Shown here piece after piece: positions 59,759 through 64,000 of a DNA stretch of 64,000 nt. The stretch is from the human T2T-CHM13v2.0 reference genome, Homo sapiens. Location of the stretch: the NCBI RefSeq assembly GCF_009914755.1, contig NC_060943.1. The stretch is one strand, 5' to 3'. The position numbers and the translations under genes are program-made. Each line of letters begins with the position of its first letter. Within the stretch, counting starts at the first letter, position 1. Below the pieces are notes generated by a model. That model saw nothing but the letters and a program-made list of their open reading frames with translations, searched no databases and was not told where the DNA came from.

Positions 59759-60620
59759 TGTGATATAATAAAATATACATATGGTCTTCATCCCCCTTTC
59801 CTGACATACATCTCACTTGGAATCTCTGGAGTGATAAGTGACTTTGTAAGCTAATGAGATGACTGGTGGCTGGAGGCCCCAAGATAGTTTCAGAATGGCG
59901 GGGTGGTCACCAGAAAGACCAAGGCTGGATTACAGAGTTGGGACTTCGAGCCCCATCCCCCAACTTACCCTGAGGGGATGGGGGCTGAAGGCTCGGCTGA
60001 TCACCAGTAGCCAAAGATGTAAGCAATCGTGCCCACTTAATGAAGCCCCCATAATAACCCGAAAGGACAGGGCCTGAACAAGCTTCAGGATAGGGAAACA
60101 CACGGAGGCTCTGAGGACGCCCCCACCGACCCCCACCAAAGACAGCACTCAGCCTCCCAAGTAGTTGGGATTACAGGCATGCACCACCACGCCATGCTCC
60201 TTCTCCCATACCTTACCCAATAGACTGCTTACATCTGGCTGTTCATCTGTATACTCTGTAATATCCTATATAATAAATGGGTCAATATAAATAAAGTGTT
60301 TCCCTGATTTCTCTGAGCCATTCTAGCAAATTAATCAAACCTGAGGAGGGGGTCATGGGAATTCATGATGTATAAGCCAGTCAGTGAGAAGCAGAGACCA
60401 TCTGTGTTTGCAACTGGCATTGAAGTGGGCACACTCTTGTTGGATTGAGCCCTCAACCTGTGGGATCTGATGCTATGTCCAGGTAGACAGTGTCAGAATT
60501 GAACTGAATAGGAGGTCACTCAGCTGGTGTCCAGTGCAGAATTGCTCCCTTGGTGTGTGTGGGAAAACCCAGGACATCTGGGATCACAGATGTGTTTTCC
60601 GTTGTGAGAGTACAGTAGGA
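59759..60620 (+). mobile_element. MER21-type ERVL LTR next to the ZNF347 KRAB-A acceptor
   Basis: gctaatgagatgactggtggctgg, ggtcaccagaaagaccaaggc, aaattaatcaaacctgaggaggggg, gagccctcaacctgtgggatctgatgcta. Confidence 0.75.
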
Positions 60621-60882
60621 GAAACTGGGTCTGTTTTCACCACATCCTCACACACACAGGTATTTTTGGGCAGAATGTTTCCTTAATTCTGTCTTCTTAT
60701 ACTCTTCTATAAGAGGTTATGATAGTCTTTAAATCAGTGTTGATTTCTCAGTTTTGTAGACAATACAAAAAATACACAAATATACAAATAAAAAACCAAC
60801 ACCGGGTTATCTTTATTGAAGTGCTATATATTATGTCTAACACACCAAGTGATATTCAGTATTTAGATGATCTAGAGCATGA

Positions 60883-61224
<342 letters not shown>

Positions 61225-62266
61225 TGACCAGGCTAGTCTCAAACTCCTGACCTCAGATGATCCACCCGCCTTGGCCTCCTAAAGTGCTGGGATTACAGGC
61301 GCAAGCCACTGTGCTCAGTCTGGCATTATTCTAAATAAATGTCCTGCATGTACTAACTTGTATATGAATATGATAGCCCATGAGAGAAAGATCTGTTCCC
61401 ATCTTACTAGCAGATAAATGTATATGACAGACACTCTAAGAAACTTGCGTCAAGACAAAGAGCTAAAATGTCAGAGCAAGCATCTGAATCCAGGTGTCTG
61501 GGAATAAGAATTAAACCTAAAGAATCAAATAGTTGGCCAGGCGTGGTGGCTCATGCCTATAATCCCAGCACTTTGGAAGGTCGAGGCAGGCAGATCACGA
61601 GGTCAGGAGATCAAGACCATCCTGGCTAACATGGTGAAACTCCGTCTCTACTAAAAAAATACAAAAAAATTAGCCAGGCATGGTGGCGGGCACCTGTAGT
61701 CTCAGCTACTCAGGAGGCTGAGGCAGGAGAATGGCATGAACCCAGGAGGCGGAGCTTGCAGTGAACCGAGACTGTGCCACTGCACTCCAGCCTGGATGAC
61801 AGAGCAAGACTGTCTAAAAAAAAAAAAAAAAAAAAAATCAAATAGTTAAGTAAAAGAACATGAAAAGGATCTAAATGAGCAAAGTTGAAACAAGTTCATG
61901 AATAACAACATGGAACTTCATAAAAGGTAATTACACATATACACACATCTATTTATGCCCATAATATGTAACTATTCTTACTATTAAATCATTAATGTGA
62001 TAGCTGAGAACAAATTTAAGGACACAGAAAATATTTAAGATACAATTTGAATTGCTAAAAAACACAAAACTTATTTAAAATCATGATGTGTGGGCTGGGT
62101 GCAGTGGCTCACACCTGTAATCCCAGCACTTCGGGAGGCCGAGGAGGGCGGATCACGAGGTCAGGAGTTCGAGACCAGCCTGACCAACATGGTGAAACAC
62201 CATCTCTACTAAAAATACAGAAATTAGCCGGGTGTGGTGGTGGACATCTGTAATTCCAGCTACTCA

Positions 62267-62392
<126 letters not shown>

Positions 62393-63023
62393 TCATGATG
62401 TGTGCTTAATAAAAAAACACGCACTCACGTCACATATACACAGTTTAGTAATAACAACAGTGAAAAGGTAAAACATCCACTCTGTCCTCATTCAGAGAAG
62501 GCTCCAATAAAGATGTAGAATGAGCTATACATCTTTCCTAACATGAAAACATGTAAATTTTCAAAATTTGCAGGCTAAAATGTCACAACAAAACATTCAC
62601 TGAAGGGCCGGGCATGGTGGCTCACGCCTGTAATCCCAGCGTTTTGGGAGGCCAAGGTGGGCTGATCACTTCAGGTCAAAAGTTTGGGACCAGCCTGGCC
62701 AACATGGTGAAACCTTGTCTCTACTAAAAATATAAAAACTAGCTGGGCATGGTGGCATGCAACTGTAGTCCCAGCTACTTTGGAGGCTAAGGCGAAAGAA
62801 TTGCTTGAATCCGGGAGGTAGAGGTTGCAGTGAGCCGAGATTGCACCACTCCAGCCTGGGCAACAGAGTGAGACTCTGTCTCAAAATAAATAAATACAAT
62901 AAATAGAATATTTAATAATTGGTAAAACAGGCCGGGCGCAGTGGCTCACGCCTGTAATCCCAGCACTTTGGGAGGCCGAGGCAGGTGGATCACGAGGTCA
63001 GGAGTTCGAGACCATCCTGGCTA

Positions 63024-63321
<298 letters not shown>

Positions 63322-64000
63322 CTAGCACCAGTTGCACAAGGGTCCCTGCAGAAACACCAGTCTCCATTGTATGGGTTTTCTGAAAATAGTTCAATGATTC
63401 TCCTGCATTTTCCATTTAGGTTGATTTCATGTATTAAAATAGATGATGGGATGAAAGAACCCTCTGTCACTGATGTCTGTCAGTCTAAAATTCCCATTCC
63501 ATTCCCAGTCATTAATAAGAGTTTGGGGTTAGAAACACAGTGACTCACTTGGTGAGCTTCAAATGTAATGTAAATGAGCCAGAAAAATTTCCCCTTATTA
63601 GCCTTATTTTACATAATTTAGCAAGTATTTGTGCACATTAACACGTGACTTCCACGTGCAGCTGCTCTAATCCTGCTCCACAGAGAGCTGACAGTGCATC
63701 CAGATGTGGCCCCTGAACAATCCCTGCTGCCCAACAGCACTGACACCACAGGACCCTCACCCCGTCTCCATCCATGTCTGGGTGTGAGCCCTTCCCAGGA
63801 CCATGCCCAGTGCAGCCTCTTCCCAAGCTCATGTCACTGGGTCACGAGAGATGGAATCTAAGTGAGATGAGAGGGACTGAGGGAAGGCACGCGTAAGTGC
63901 GAGCAAACCTGTCAGGCAGGACGCTTCAGACTCAGAGAAGATTCCCAACTTCAAAGAATGACATTTCAAGAAGAAATAAGAGACAGAACAATCCACTGAT

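Noticed and set aside
63960-64000. ZNF347 start-codon exon
   Set aside because: By homology with 32900-32955 it begins a few tens of nt beyond the window end, so it is not annotated here.

Overview
Primate (human-type) genomic DNA, very rich in Alu and L1, from a tandem KRAB zinc-finger gene cluster that I recognise as 19q13.41-42. Three paralogous genes lie head-to-tail on the minus strand. (1) The promoter and non-coding 5' exons of a gene running off the left edge, most likely ZNF160 by gene order. (2) A complete ZNF415: exons 32954-32968 + 26601-26721 + 18978-20509 give 555 aa, KRAB-A plus 11 intact C2H2 fingers. (3) Almost all of ZNF347: KRAB-A, KRAB-B and a finger exon with 17 intact and 3 degenerate fingers; its ATG exon lies just past the right edge. 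There is no prokaryote-style system. The most interesting structure is evolutionary and splicing-related. Two near-identical tracts shared by the ZNF160 and ZNF415 first introns sit inside otherwise diverged paralogy, which looks like gene conversion. A decayed duplicate of the promoter appears to have been recycled as a 5'UTR exon. ZNF415 has lost both ancestral KRAB acceptors, and a cryptic acceptor plus an Alu exon rewire its reading frames. A candidate poison exon is conserved between ZNF415 and ZNF347. Also present are a tailless 5'-half tRNA-Gly retrocopy with an 18-bp TSD, a locally templated inverted duplication inserted into a MIR, and a 93-bp micro-inversion. Repeat boundaries and identity counts are by eye and approximate; gene names rest on recalled protein sequences and gene order.
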